Shown one piece after another: positions 1-8,509 of a stretch of DNA of 31,541 bases. The notes beneath the pieces were generated by a model. That model saw only the letters and a list, made by a program, of their open reading frames with translations. It was not told the origin of the DNA and ran no database searches. How positions within the stretch are numbered: the stretch's first letter is position 1; the number at the start of each line of letters is the position of its first letter. The stretch spans positions 1 through 31,541 of the forward strand of contig DAOWGI010000095.1 of NCBI GenBank assembly GCA_030637655.1. The letters run 5' to 3'. A program made the translations under genes and the position numbers. This DNA comes from a candidate division FCPU426 bacterium. GTDB taxonomy: Bacteria; Oederibacteriota; JAAXVQ01; JAUVAV01.

Positions 1-10
1 AATTAAACCC

Positions 11-36
11 AGAGACGCGATTAATCGCGTCTCTAC
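11..36. repeat. GTAG-type REP-like palindrome
   Basis: AGAGACGCGATT|AATCGCGTCTCT (11-34) is a perfect 24-bp palindrome. CTAC at 33-36 reads GTAG on the minus strand, the REP tetranucleotide. Confidence 0.8.
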
Positions 37-345
37 AACTTTTGCCAATTTCCTTCTCTCATCAACATCTTGATCACTTTTACACGAAATATTTCCTCCT
101 GCCACTTGAGACTTAGCTTAGGCATCACATAAAACATGCCGGCCGGCGTGAATAATCCGTCAGACACGATCGCATGGATATGAGGATGGGCATTCAAGTA
201 TTCGCCAAAACTTTGCAGCGCTATCACCATCCCAGCTTGCCATACTTCTCCTGGTATTCCCCGAGAAACTGATTAAAGTGGTTATGCAAACATTGCCACA
301 TTTTTTTCTTGTGGGCCGGCGGGATTTATAGACTTTTTTTTCCAT
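33..345 (-). pseudogene. IS91-family (HUH/Y2) transposase relic, frameshifted and internally deleted
   Basis: Three frames give MEKKVYKSRRP, then KKMWQCLHNHFNQFLGEYQEKYG (like IS91-family N-termini), then AGMVIALQSFGEYLNAHPHIHAIVSDGLF (HUH motif HPHIH in the usual context). The Cys-rich zinc-binding region and the C-terminal tyrosine region are absent. Confidence 0.75.
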
Positions 346-476
346 GTCTGGTTAGACATGGGATTCAGCTTTTTCTTGTGGAATTCAAGGATTTATTCCT
401 AAATTATGAAAACCTCTTTACGGATTGGCTGCATTGAAAGCGGCAAAACCTATTCGCGATTAGCTCCTTTTAATTT

Positions 477-740
477 CTAAACCCAGACAAGCTGGAACCA
501 AATCCAGCCGTTGATACACGCTGATTAAAATTTTCTTCATCCATAACCCGAACAAGCCGAAACCAAAGATCTTTGACAGGATCAACAAGATATACGGGAT
601 TTTAAATAAATTCTGTCAATCCTGTTATCCTGTCAAAAAAAATTCTTTGCGCTCTTTACGGCGAATAATTTTCTTTATCCATTAAGCGGTAAATATCTGC
701 GTTTATCCGTGTTCATCGGCAGTTAAGTTTCTTTTCATTT
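477..740 (+). repeat. Nested composite of two copies of a modular non-coding repeat (outer 477-740, inner 544-675)
   Basis: The outer left tag CTAAACCCAGACAAGCTGGAACCAAA (477-502) and inner tag TAACCCGAACAAGCCGAAACCAAA (544-567) match tags at 22291 and 24841. The inner copy is colinear with 22292-22423. The outer core matches the reverse complement of the core at about 24870-24960. Confidence 0.8.
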
Positions 741-847
741 TCGCCTGATTATACCAATTTTTCGTGTTTTTATAACTATTTCTCAGCTATTTGGCAATTT
801 CACAACCATGCTTATGAAAAATCAAGGCGGCTTAAGGCAGGCGGGGG

Positions 848-1018
848 ATCATCGAGTAGAGGTACCACGTCTTTAGGCAGAGTAATCTGGGGTTTGATGC
901 CTACATGAAGGATATGGGCAGGATAATGGCTCAGACCATCATGTACATCGAACAAGAGGAAATCGCATGACCTGACTACCAACCTTTTAACTCTGAGATT
1001 CAAAAATGGGCAAGTCTG
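848..1018 (+). pseudogene. Probable IS256-family transposase N-terminal relic
   Basis: One frame reads IIE*RYHVFRQSNLGFDAYMKDMGRIMAQTIMYIEQEEIA*PDYQPFNSEIQKWASL, with in-frame stops at 857-859 and 968-970. From memory this resembles N-termini of some IS256/mutator transposases (GRMMAETIMY.EREE.AGPDY.P...KWASQ). It is not in the ORF track. Confidence 0.55.
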
Positions 1019-1030
1019 TGGAGGGTTGGA

Positions 1031-1062
1031 AAGGGACCCGGTTGAAACCAGATCCCTTTTTT
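1031..1062. terminator. Possible intrinsic terminator (imperfect hairpin plus T run)
   Basis: AAGGGACCCGGT-TGAA-ACCAGATCCCTT followed by a T run. The stem has two mismatches. Confidence 0.3.
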
Positions 1063-1124
1063 AAAGGGCGAACATCCGCCTCCGCAAAATGCTACGGCGT
1101 GACAAGCATGGATTCGTCCCTTAC
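1062..1124. repeat. REP-like imperfect palindrome interrupted by a 31-nt mini-element
   Basis: Arms TAAAGGGCGAA and TTCGTCCCTTAC. The insert CCGCCTCCGCAAAATGCTACGGCGTGACAAG (1076-1106) lies between CAT at 1073-1075 and CAT at 1107-1109. Confidence 0.65.
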
Positions 1125-1132
1125 GATACAGT

Positions 1133-2098
1133 TTATTTTAATTCTTCCACGGTCTTGAGCAGATTGTCCCCTTGGTATTTTCCAATTTCATAGATCATAG
1201 TATCATCTGCTCTGCGCACCAGGTATTTTTGTTCCTTTTCCTGAAACTGCAATATTTCCAATACTTTTTCACCTTCCAGAGTCTGTACTTTAACCTGAGC
1301 TATGGGTTTCTTTTGCCACTCGTGTGTATCCAGTATCTTATGCGCTGCCAGACGGGTAAAGGCGTTTAATAGCTGATTGACCTTGGGATCATTTAATACT
1401 GTATTGCTATTCTTTTCCTTCCAAACCATACGTGCCGGCAAAGCCGGCGGAGTCACTCCCTGCGCGCTGTGCTTAACAATTTCTTCTTTGACTTCCTGCT
1501 CTTTGGCAATCCGCAAGGCCGGCTTCCCCTTTTGCTCGATGCTTAGGCCGGTTACTTGGTCCGTGGAAAAGTCATAAACCCGGAGACTGCGCCATTCCAG
1601 AGCCGGCCGATTCAATTGCTGGGTAAAATCACCCAATAACTGGTATATTTTCTGATCCCCAGGCAGCTGCACATAGGTATGCGTACTGCTCTTATTTACT
1701 GCACCCAAACGCAGTTCTACCGTTTTGTTGTCCCCTGCCAAAATTAAGGTCATGGCCGTCTGACTGTTCAATCCGAAATCCGCGGCCTGCTCAGCCTGCT
1801 CGGTGACCAGATTGGTAATTAAGATTTCACCTAACATACGTGTGAGGGAATCCATCTTCTGTTTTTCAGCCGGAAAATTAATCGGTTCTGTAATTTGCCA
1901 GGCTTCTTCCTGTTTGCTAAAGATGATTGTTTCCCCGGATTTTTGCACTGTTATTTTTTCCAGATTTTCATAAGTAATCGTCGGTATTTTCGGTAGTGTC
2001 AGGGTATTAAAACCCTTGTCTCCGGTCTGGGTCATTAAAACGTATATTAATAAAACCGCAAAAATGGCTCCGGTAATAATTAAATTTTTATGCTTCAC
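1133..2098 (-). CDS. DUF4340 domain-containing protein (membrane-anchored partner of the GldAFG-like ABC system)
   Basis: 321 aa with an N-terminal TM anchor and motifs W.ITEP..FPA, DFGL, L.LG, TYV and WRS.R typical of DUF4340. GTG start follows AAGGAGG. Last gene of the ABC operon. Confidence 0.8.
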   Translation of the reverse strand: MKHKNLIITGAIFAVLLIYVLMTQTGDKGFNTLTLPKIPTITYENLEKITVQKSGETIIFSKQEEAWQITEPINFPAEKQKMDSLTRMLGEILITNLVTEQAEQAADFGLNSQTAMTLILAGDNKTVELRLGAVNKSSTHTYVQLPGDQKIYQLLGDFTQQLNRPALEWRSLRVYDFSTDQVTGLSIEQKGKPALRIAKEQEVKEEIVKHSAQGVTPPALPARMVWKEKNSNTVLNDPKVNQLLNAFTRLAAHKILDTHEWQKKPIAQVKVQTLEGEKVLEILQFQEKEQKYLVRRADDTMIYEIGKYQGDNLLKTVEELK

Positions 2099-2131
2099 GA
2101 CAAATATTCCTCCTTGTTTGCGTAATCCGAT

Positions 2132-3739
2132 TTAATTGTGAAACTGTGCTGCAATCAATGTACGACGGGCTTCCAGCCTACGCCACATCACCAATCCGGC
2201 CACAATCACCAGCAGGGGCAGGATGATCAGATTAAAGTATTTTACAGTCTTACGATGGGTCTCAGTGATTTTTCCCATAGTAGCCGGACCGGTTCCTTTG
2301 CTCCGGATTTCAATCAAAGCGGCATCCTGCGCGATCCAGTCCACCATATTTTGGCTCAGCTGGAATAGACCGTCTTTGCGCCGAGCGTCAATAAAATCAT
2401 TGGTCAGAAAATCCGCGCCGCCTATCACAAATAAACGAGCCGGTTTGGCTGATTTGATAAAGGAGGGTAAGCTTTCCCCGGATTGTGACAGAGCCGGCAG
2501 CTGATCCGCCTTAAAAGCACTGGGAAAAGCGCCGGCTAAAGTAACTACCAGATCAAATTGCTTTAATTCGTTTTGGGCCGGCGGCTTAATAAACTGGGGT
2601 GAGAGCATAAAAAATTTCATCTGGCTCCAGGCATGCTTGGAACTCCTGGCTAAAACCGATCCAGCCAGCTTGTTGTCAGTTATAATTTTCTCATTCAACC
2701 CCAACGCACTGATAAAAGGTAAAGTAAAAGATTCAATATTTTTTACCATCAGGTGCTGTTTATCTATAGTGGTCACTAAAGGAAAGGGCGGATATGGCAC
2801 AATGTTTTGCATAATAAAACCGGGCCCGCGCTGCGCGACCGTTATTTTTTGGCACTGCGCGTCATAGACCAGGTTGGGTTGAATGCGCGCTCCCCAGGCA
2901 GAGATCAAGCGGGATAATTTGGAATCCACTATCTGTCCTTGCATGCTTTGCTTAGCATCTGCTTTCACCATCTGTACCAGCATTCCAACATTACGGCCGG
3001 AACGTAAGAAGTTATCAATCTGATACAATTTATCCTCTGGTAAGGGCCTGGTCGGTCCTGGGACCAACAAGGCATCCAGACGCTCCGGAATGGACTCTGA
3101 AGTCAGATCTATTGGCACAACCTCGTAATTTTTAGAAATCACATCCACAAAATTCGAGAGCTGTTCTTCCATGCCCGGTTCCCCGTGTCCCTGGGTAATA
3201 CCAACGACTTTCATTTGCTTTTGGACCAGTTTCTTGATCATGGATGAGATTTGGTATTCTAAAGCGCTGGTGTCCTGAATCAGTGGAATGACCTCTTTCT
3301 TTTCACCATAAATCAGGGCCAAGCCCATATAACCGGTTTTCTGCTCAAACTTGTCCTTTTCCACGGCTGTCATCTGGATCTCATACACACCCAGGCTGCG
3401 AGCCTCCCGGGCGATCATAGGATCCGCCACCGGATCAATAAACTGATAATTGAACTTACCCTTGGAATAGGAGCGGTAATCTTCCAAAAGATCCCGCAAA
3501 TAGCGCGCATTGGCATTGTACGGAGGCGGTAGTTTTTTGGTGAAAAAGGCTTTCACAGTCAAAGGATCCTTCAAATCGCGCATATACTGTTTGGAAATTT
3601 TCGAGAGTGAATAGGCACGGTTCTTGGTTAAATCCAGACGGAAAAAAGTCCGTACTGAGATGAGGTTAACCAATACCAGAATACCTATCACTATGAGGAA
3701 AAAAGAAAATTCGCTGCGTGAACGTTCTTCGAAATTCAT
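2132..3739 (-). CDS. GldG-family ABC transporter auxiliary component
   Basis: 535 aa with N- and C-terminal TM helices and motifs RLDLTKNRAYSLS, FIDP, LEYQISS.I, QGHGE and N.VDW....ALIEIRSK. Confidence 0.9.
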   Translation of the reverse strand: MNFEERSRSEFSFFLIVIGILVLVNLISVRTFFRLDLTKNRAYSLSKISKQYMRDLKDPLTVKAFFTKKLPPPYNANARYLRDLLEDYRSYSKGKFNYQFIDPVADPMIAREARSLGVYEIQMTAVEKDKFEQKTGYMGLALIYGEKKEVIPLIQDTSALEYQISSMIKKLVQKQMKVVGITQGHGEPGMEEQLSNFVDVISKNYEVVPIDLTSESIPERLDALLVPGPTRPLPEDKLYQIDNFLRSGRNVGMLVQMVKADAKQSMQGQIVDSKLSRLISAWGARIQPNLVYDAQCQKITVAQRGPGFIMQNIVPYPPFPLVTTIDKQHLMVKNIESFTLPFISALGLNEKIITDNKLAGSVLARSSKHAWSQMKFFMLSPQFIKPPAQNELKQFDLVVTLAGAFPSAFKADQLPALSQSGESLPSFIKSAKPARLFVIGGADFLTNDFIDARRKDGLFQLSQNMVDWIAQDAALIEIRSKGTGPATMGKITETHRKTVKYFNLIILPLLVIVAGLVMWRRLEARRTLIAAQFHN

Positions 3740-3740
3740 T

Positions 3741-4514
3741 TTATTTCCTCCTTTCTAAAACCAGGCGCGTGCCCATAAAAGTAATGATAAGTATTGAGGC
3801 AAAATAGACCAAATCTTTGCTGTCAATAACGCCCCGGGAAAAATTCATGGTATGGTATTCAACCCCCAGGTACTGAAATATGCCCACCAAAAACCCGGGG
3901 ACCAGCATAAGAATTTTATCCACTAAAAACAGAAGAAAACAGATGGCAAAACCAAGGATAAAGGCCACAATCTGATTTTGGGTAATGGCTGAAGTAAAAA
4001 GCCCGATGCTTAAATACGCTGCTCCTAAAATAAGCAGGCCCACATAACCGCCTATCACTGGTCCCCAATCCAAAGGACCCAGTGTAGCAATAGTAAGCGG
4101 GTAGCTCAGAGTAACTCCAATGGTAATGGCCAAAAAGACAAAAGCGGCCAGAAATTTTCCAAGCAGCATTTGCGTAGTGGTCAAAGGCAGAGTCATCAAC
4201 ATTTCATAGGATCCGGTATTCACCTCTTCGGACAATAAGCGCATGGTAATGGCCGGTGCTAAAAACATGAGTAATAAGGGGGCTGTTCCAAAATACATGC
4301 GCATATCAATCTGACCAAAGAGAAAAAAGCGCGAGAAGAAAAACCATCCCGCAAAGGCCAGATAAATTACCATCACCACATAGGCTATGGGTGAGTAAAA
4401 ATACGAGTAAAGCTCTTTTTTTGCCTGTCCGGCAATCCGGCGCCAGGCTAAAGCTGCAGTTGCCAACAGGCCTGTTGGTTCTGCTTGCTTTGCTTGTTCA
4501 ACTGTTTGAGGCAT
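3741..4514 (-). CDS. ABC-2 type permease, GldF-like
   Basis: 257 aa, about six TM helices, with motifs KKEL.SYFYSPIAY, PAITMRLLSEE..TGS.E.L.TLP, LGKFLA, NQIVAF and RGVID..DLVYF. Confidence 0.92.
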   Translation of the reverse strand: MPQTVEQAKQAEPTGLLATAALAWRRIAGQAKKELYSYFYSPIAYVVMVIYLAFAGWFFFSRFFLFGQIDMRMYFGTAPLLLMFLAPAITMRLLSEEVNTGSYEMLMTLPLTTTQMLLGKFLAAFVFLAITIGVTLSYPLTIATLGPLDWGPVIGGYVGLLILGAAYLSIGLFTSAITQNQIVAFILGFAICFLLFLVDKILMLVPGFLVGIFQYLGVEYHTMNFSRGVIDSKDLVYFASILIITFMGTRLVLERRK

Positions 4515-4547
4515 TGCAACGCTCCTTCCTGTTATTTATATTATTAA

Positions 4548-4595
4548 GTAGAGACCCAGCATTAAGAGTAGAGACCTAGCATGCTAGGTCTCTAC
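4548..4595. repeat. GTAG-type REP palindrome plus partial upstream copy
   Basis: GTAGAGACCTAGCA|TGCTAGGTCTCTAC (4568-4595) is a perfect 28-bp palindrome. A half copy GTAGAGACCCAGCAT lies at 4548-4562. Confidence 0.85.
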
Positions 4596-4637
4596 AATAT
4601 TAAATTAATTATTAAATTAATTCGTCGTTAAACGACA

Positions 4638-5576
4638 TCAATTCGCCGTTGTCAAACGACGGAAAACGCTTTCCAAACTCACGACTTCCCGGTGCATTTC
4701 ATATAAAATCCAGCCTTTTTTTTGCGCCAGACTGAAAATATCCGGACGTAAGTCAATATCATGATTACTGTGCACCAAATAGCCTTTGATCTCTTGGGAC
4801 TCATCTTCTGTGATTTCAACTTCATTCACATTCGCCAGGGTCTTTAATGTTTCCAAAACCTGGGAACCTTTGCCAGCGGCTATTTTTAAATATACGCGGG
4901 TTTCATCTACAGATTGCTTTTGCAGTTCTTTAGGATTGCCGTCTGCCACGACTTTGCCCTGGTGAATAATAATGACGCGATCACAGGTGGCTTCCACTTC
5001 AGACAAAATATGCGAGGAAAGGATAACGGTTTTTTTCTGACCCAACCGTTTGATCAGATCCCGAATTTCGATGATCTGATTAGGATCTAAACCAGCAGTC
5101 GGTTCATCCAGAATCAAGTACTCCGGATCATGCAGCATGGCTTGCGCCAGTCCCACACGTTGGCGGTTTCCCTTGGATAACTCGCCGATCTTTTTGGCTA
5201 CCGCGTCCTTCAAGCCACAGGTGGTGACCATCTCACGTACACGCTGTGTTCGCTGCGCAGGTAGAATATCGCGCATTTCAGCAATGTAGTGCAAATAATC
5301 AAAAACCAGCATGTCGTGATAAATTGGATTATACTCCGAAAGGTAGCCAATTATTTCCCGAACCGGTTCGGTGTTCGCCAGGGCGTCTTTTTCCGCCACT
5401 ACGATATTTCCGCTGTCCGGTCTAAGATATCCGGAAATCAGACGCAAGGTCGTTGTTTTTCCGGCTCCGTTAGGACCCAGTAGGCCAAGAATCTCACCAC
5501 GTTTGACTTCAAAGGTAATATTATCCACAGCCTTGACCAACCCGAAACTTTTGGAGAGATCTTCTACACGTACCAT
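4638..5576 (-). CDS. ABC transporter ATP-binding protein, GldA-like
   Basis: Walker A GPNGAGKTT, signature LSKGNRQRV, Walker B LILDEPT, H-loop SSH. AAGGAGG precedes the ATG. Confidence 0.95.
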   Translation of the reverse strand: MVRVEDLSKSFGLVKAVDNITFEVKRGEILGLLGPNGAGKTTTLRLISGYLRPDSGNIVVAEKDALANTEPVREIIGYLSEYNPIYHDMLVFDYLHYIAEMRDILPAQRTQRVREMVTTCGLKDAVAKKIGELSKGNRQRVGLAQAMLHDPEYLILDEPTAGLDPNQIIEIRDLIKRLGQKKTVILSSHILSEVEATCDRVIIIHQGKVVADGNPKELQKQSVDETRVYLKIAAGKGSQVLETLKTLANVNEVEITEDESQEIKGYLVHSNHDIDLRPDIFSLAQKKGWILYEMHREVVSLESVFRRLTTAN

Positions 5577-5622
5577 TCTTTTACCCTCCTTTTTTATATA
5601 GATTTTATAGAAAAGCCTTACG

Positions 5623-5652
5623 ATAATACATAAGCCTGTTATTCTTTGTCAA
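5623..5652 (-). promoter_or_regulatory. Putative sigma70 promoter of the ABC operon
   Basis: Minus strand reads TTGACA (5652-5647), 18 bp, TATTAT (5628-5623). Confidence 0.45.
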
Positions 5653-5711
5653 GTGCTCATCATCTTTTTTTTATAATTTGCAAAAGTATTTTTTATATTC
5701 TTAGGTACTGC

Positions 5712-6470
5712 TTATTTAGCTAAAATCAACTTAAAATTATCTTTTTGAGACATTTTTGAATTCTTATTAGCATAATTACCCATAATTTTATCAAAATTGG
5801 CACTTTTTAGTTCTTTTTTAACATCTTTTTGCAAAAAAGCGTAATGAAAATGCTTTTCTGACCAGGAATTCTGCCATGCTCTTGGCTGTCCTTCAAATCC
5901 CCGCATATGAATCTCTGCACAGCGTTTTTTCTGATCCCAGTGCATATTCCAGTAACATTTATAATTTTCACCCTCAAATACCCGTTGCTTTTGCTTACAA
6001 AGCTTTTTCAGATACTGCAGCGTGTACTGATCAAAGCAGAACACTCCGCCTGGCTTGAGTACACGCCGCACAGCTTGAAAAAACCGGCGAACCTCTGATA
6101 AAGATTCTAAATAATGAATCCCACCATACATACAAACTACCAAATCCACTTTTTCCGGCAATCGAAAGTGCCGGATATCCTGGACCAGACAAATGGCTTG
6201 CGGAAGTTTCTGTTTTGCTTGTCGCAGCATGGCCTGGGATTTATCCACTATCCATATCTTTTTGCCCGGAGCATACAATCGAAGCGCAGCAGCTCCGGTT
6301 CCACCGGCCAAATCCGCAATACATTCATATTTCAAACGATGTTGACGCGATAATCTCAGAAAGGATTTCCACCATAGTTTCTCATAGCGATCACCCATTA
6401 ATTCATCATAAATTAAAGCGAAATGTGTATATGGATGTGAAACAACAAATTTTATTTTTTTTGACACCAC
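5712..6470 (-). CDS. Class I SAM-dependent methyltransferase
   Basis: Motif I ADLAGGTG, VDKSQAML..AKQK, QDIR.F, DLVVC and V.RVLKPGG.F.FD, plus N-terminal FA.IYDELM. GTG start. Confidence 0.9.
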   Translation of the reverse strand: MVSKKIKFVVSHPYTHFALIYDELMGDRYEKLWWKSFLRLSRQHRLKYECIADLAGGTGAAALRLYAPGKKIWIVDKSQAMLRQAKQKLPQAICLVQDIRHFRLPEKVDLVVCMYGGIHYLESLSEVRRFFQAVRRVLKPGGVFCFDQYTLQYLKKLCKQKQRVFEGENYKCYWNMHWDQKKRCAEIHMRGFEGQPRAWQNSWSEKHFHYAFLQKDVKKELKSANFDKIMGNYANKNSKMSQKDNFKLILAK

Positions 6471-6503
6471 AGATCGCCGTAAGTTCTTAGTTTTGATTTT
6501 TTT

Positions 6504-7253
6504 TCACTTTTTAGCCGGACTTTTTCTCTTCACCACTGCTCTCTTAGTTTTTTCCTTTTTAGAACCCGCAGCACTAGCTCTTGGCAAAGCATCATTTTTG
6601 GCCAATTCCGGAGAGACTACTTTTTCATTCTGGATCAAGCCCACGGTAGCCACAATTTTCAACCCCTCTTCCGGTGAGATTGGCAAGACTTTAAGATCTT
6701 TCAAAGGAATCATCAAGAAAAAACCGGAAGTCGGATTGGGTGTGGTTGGTAAAAAAACATTTACCAGTTCCTGCTTGGTCAGTTTGCGCACCACAGATAG
6801 TGACGGTGTGGTTAAAAAACCAATTACCCAGATATTGGGCCGGGGATACTCAAACATAACCACAGTCTGAAACGCATTGGAACCGGTCACGGAAATTGAG
6901 TTTACCACCTGGCGCATGGCGGTATAAATACTATTAACCACAGGAATGTTTTTTAATATTCGATCCCCAAATTGCAGGAGTTTACGACCCAAATAATTGG
7001 AAGCCACCAACCCGGTAAGAAAGATCAACAGAAAGGTGGCAAGTATGCCAAAGCCCGGAATATGTTTATATTCCGGGGGGATCTTAAAACCAAAGGTACG
7101 CAGAACTTCCCCACCCATGGGCGCCAGCCATCCATCCATTAAATTAAAGAGAAACATGAAAATAAAAGCTGTAGTAACTATAGGAATCAGCACTAATAAT
7201 CCGGAAATAAATATGCCCTTAAAGGTAAATTTATGTTCTTTGGCCTCGCTCAT
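6504..7253 (-). CDS. DUF502 domain membrane protein
   Basis: FISGLLVLIP, IPVVNSIY, EYPR and VFLPTTPNPTSGF are DUF502 hallmarks. AAGGAGG RBS. Confidence 0.9.
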   Translation of the reverse strand: MSEAKEHKFTFKGIFISGLLVLIPIVTTAFIFMFLFNLMDGWLAPMGGEVLRTFGFKIPPEYKHIPGFGILATFLLIFLTGLVASNYLGRKLLQFGDRILKNIPVVNSIYTAMRQVVNSISVTGSNAFQTVVMFEYPRPNIWVIGFLTTPSLSVVRKLTKQELVNVFLPTTPNPTSGFFLMIPLKDLKVLPISPEEGLKIVATVGLIQNEKVVSPELAKNDALPRASAAGSKKEKTKRAVVKRKSPAKK

Positions 7254-7291
7254 GATCCAACTACCTCCTTAACCTGCAAAACTCAGCGGTC

Positions 7292-7320
7292 AGTATGCCT
7301 CGGAACGCGGGCAAAGTCAA
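7292..7320 (-). promoter_or_regulatory. Putative sigma70 promoter for DUF502 and the methyltransferase
   Basis: Minus strand reads TTGACT (7320-7315), 17 bp, CATACT (7297-7292). Confidence 0.4.
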
Positions 7321-7345
7321 GACAGGAAAATATCATTTTGAGCAT

Positions 7346-8224
7346 TCATTTTAAGCAAGCCAAATACGTGGCACTGGTCTCCTGTAGATTCCAACTCTGG
7401 CGCCAAACACAGGCCTGCAATGGTTTCAGCATTCCCGGATCAATGTGTTGGTTGAGAAAATCTTCAAACTCATTTTGATTATCCACAACCCAAAGGATGG
7501 GTCCATAGGGACAGATCTTGATTCCACCGTCCGGCAATACATGAAAGGTATCATGATACGCGCATTCCGGAAAATCAGTCAATGGTTTGGGCATTAATAT
7601 GGGCATCAAGCAGGGGTCCAGGATGATTTTCTTGGAAATACTAAGTCGCTGCATTTTATAAACCAGAAAATTCAGCAAATCATTGAAGCGCGCCCGCGTT
7701 AAAAATTCATCAAGCATATGTTTCGGCACAACAAAATGAACTTTTTGCGAAAAATTAAGCAAGCGGTTCAGCAGCAATCCCTCGGTTATTTTATCGATCA
7801 TCTGTTCAGTTAAAGAGACCACCACTTCAATATGAATATTTTTCAAACGCGCCCATTCCAAAGCGCGGAAAAACAAATACATCTCCGCATCCGGGATCTT
7901 GTGCTCATCCAGGCAGAGCATCACACTTTGACTTTTTTTAAAAATCAGGTAATCCATGGAATACAAGTGTTCATACGGCAATACCAGTGAATATTCATGC
8001 TCGGTTTTCCACGCCCATTTTATTAAATTCTCAAATTCGGTAATCTTTGTTGCACGGTTCAGATTGAGTACAAAACGCCATTCCGGGATACTCTGCGCTT
8101 GTTCCAGAATACTCTTAAAAAAGTGGATCGGTTTGTCATGGCCAGCCGCCGTGTCCAACGGACAGACCGGGCACTTCTTCAAGCAATCGGACGTGGGATA
8201 TAAAATCATAGTTTTCCAGGTCAT
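7346..8224 (-). CDS. Divergent radical SAM-like protein with twitch/SPASM-like C-terminus
   Basis: N-terminal YPTSDCLKKCPVC gives CxxxCxxC. The C-terminus has DPC, ECAYHDTFHVLPDGGIKICPY and a later Cys. AGGAGG at 8236-8231 supports the start. Confidence 0.65.
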   Translation of the reverse strand: MTWKTMILYPTSDCLKKCPVCPLDTAAGHDKPIHFFKSILEQAQSIPEWRFVLNLNRATKITEFENLIKWAWKTEHEYSLVLPYEHLYSMDYLIFKKSQSVMLCLDEHKIPDAEMYLFFRALEWARLKNIHIEVVVSLTEQMIDKITEGLLLNRLLNFSQKVHFVVPKHMLDEFLTRARFNDLLNFLVYKMQRLSISKKIILDPCLMPILMPKPLTDFPECAYHDTFHVLPDGGIKICPYGPILWVVDNQNEFEDFLNQHIDPGMLKPLQACVWRQSWNLQETSATYLACLK

Positions 8225-8346
8225 ATAGCGCCTCCTAAGGTGAGATATAGGTTAGACTGGAAAACCGGCAAATCCTTGCATAAAAAAGAAAAAATATTCA
8301 CCTCATACCCAAAAGACGGGCACAAGGAGGCACAGAGAAAAAATAT

Positions 8347-8459
8347 TGTCATTCCCGCACGATTTAAGCGGCCCCGACCGGAAAAGATATATAGGGACGC
8401 CTTCGGCAGGAATCTGGTTTTTTAAACCATATCCCCGACAAGAGCATTCGGGGATGACA
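8347..8459. repeat. TGTCATTCCCG...CGGGGATGACA inverted-repeat intergenic element
   Basis: Terminal IRs are TGTCATTCCCG (8347-8357) and CGGGGATGACA (8449-8459). Internal hairpins are ATCCCCGA-caagagcat-TCGGGGAT and TGGTTT-ttt-AAACCA. Confidence 0.7.
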
Positions 8460-8509
8460 AACAAAAAAAACGCATGACTGACATATTACAAACAATTTTC
8501 GATTCTCTC

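Noticed and set aside
812-1003. 63-aa minus-strand ORF
   Set aside because: It has no motifs and lies antisense to the probable transposase relic.
1133-5576. Gliding motility locus
   Set aside because: GldA/F/G-like plus DUF4340 modules are widespread in non-gliding bacteria, and no motor genes are present.
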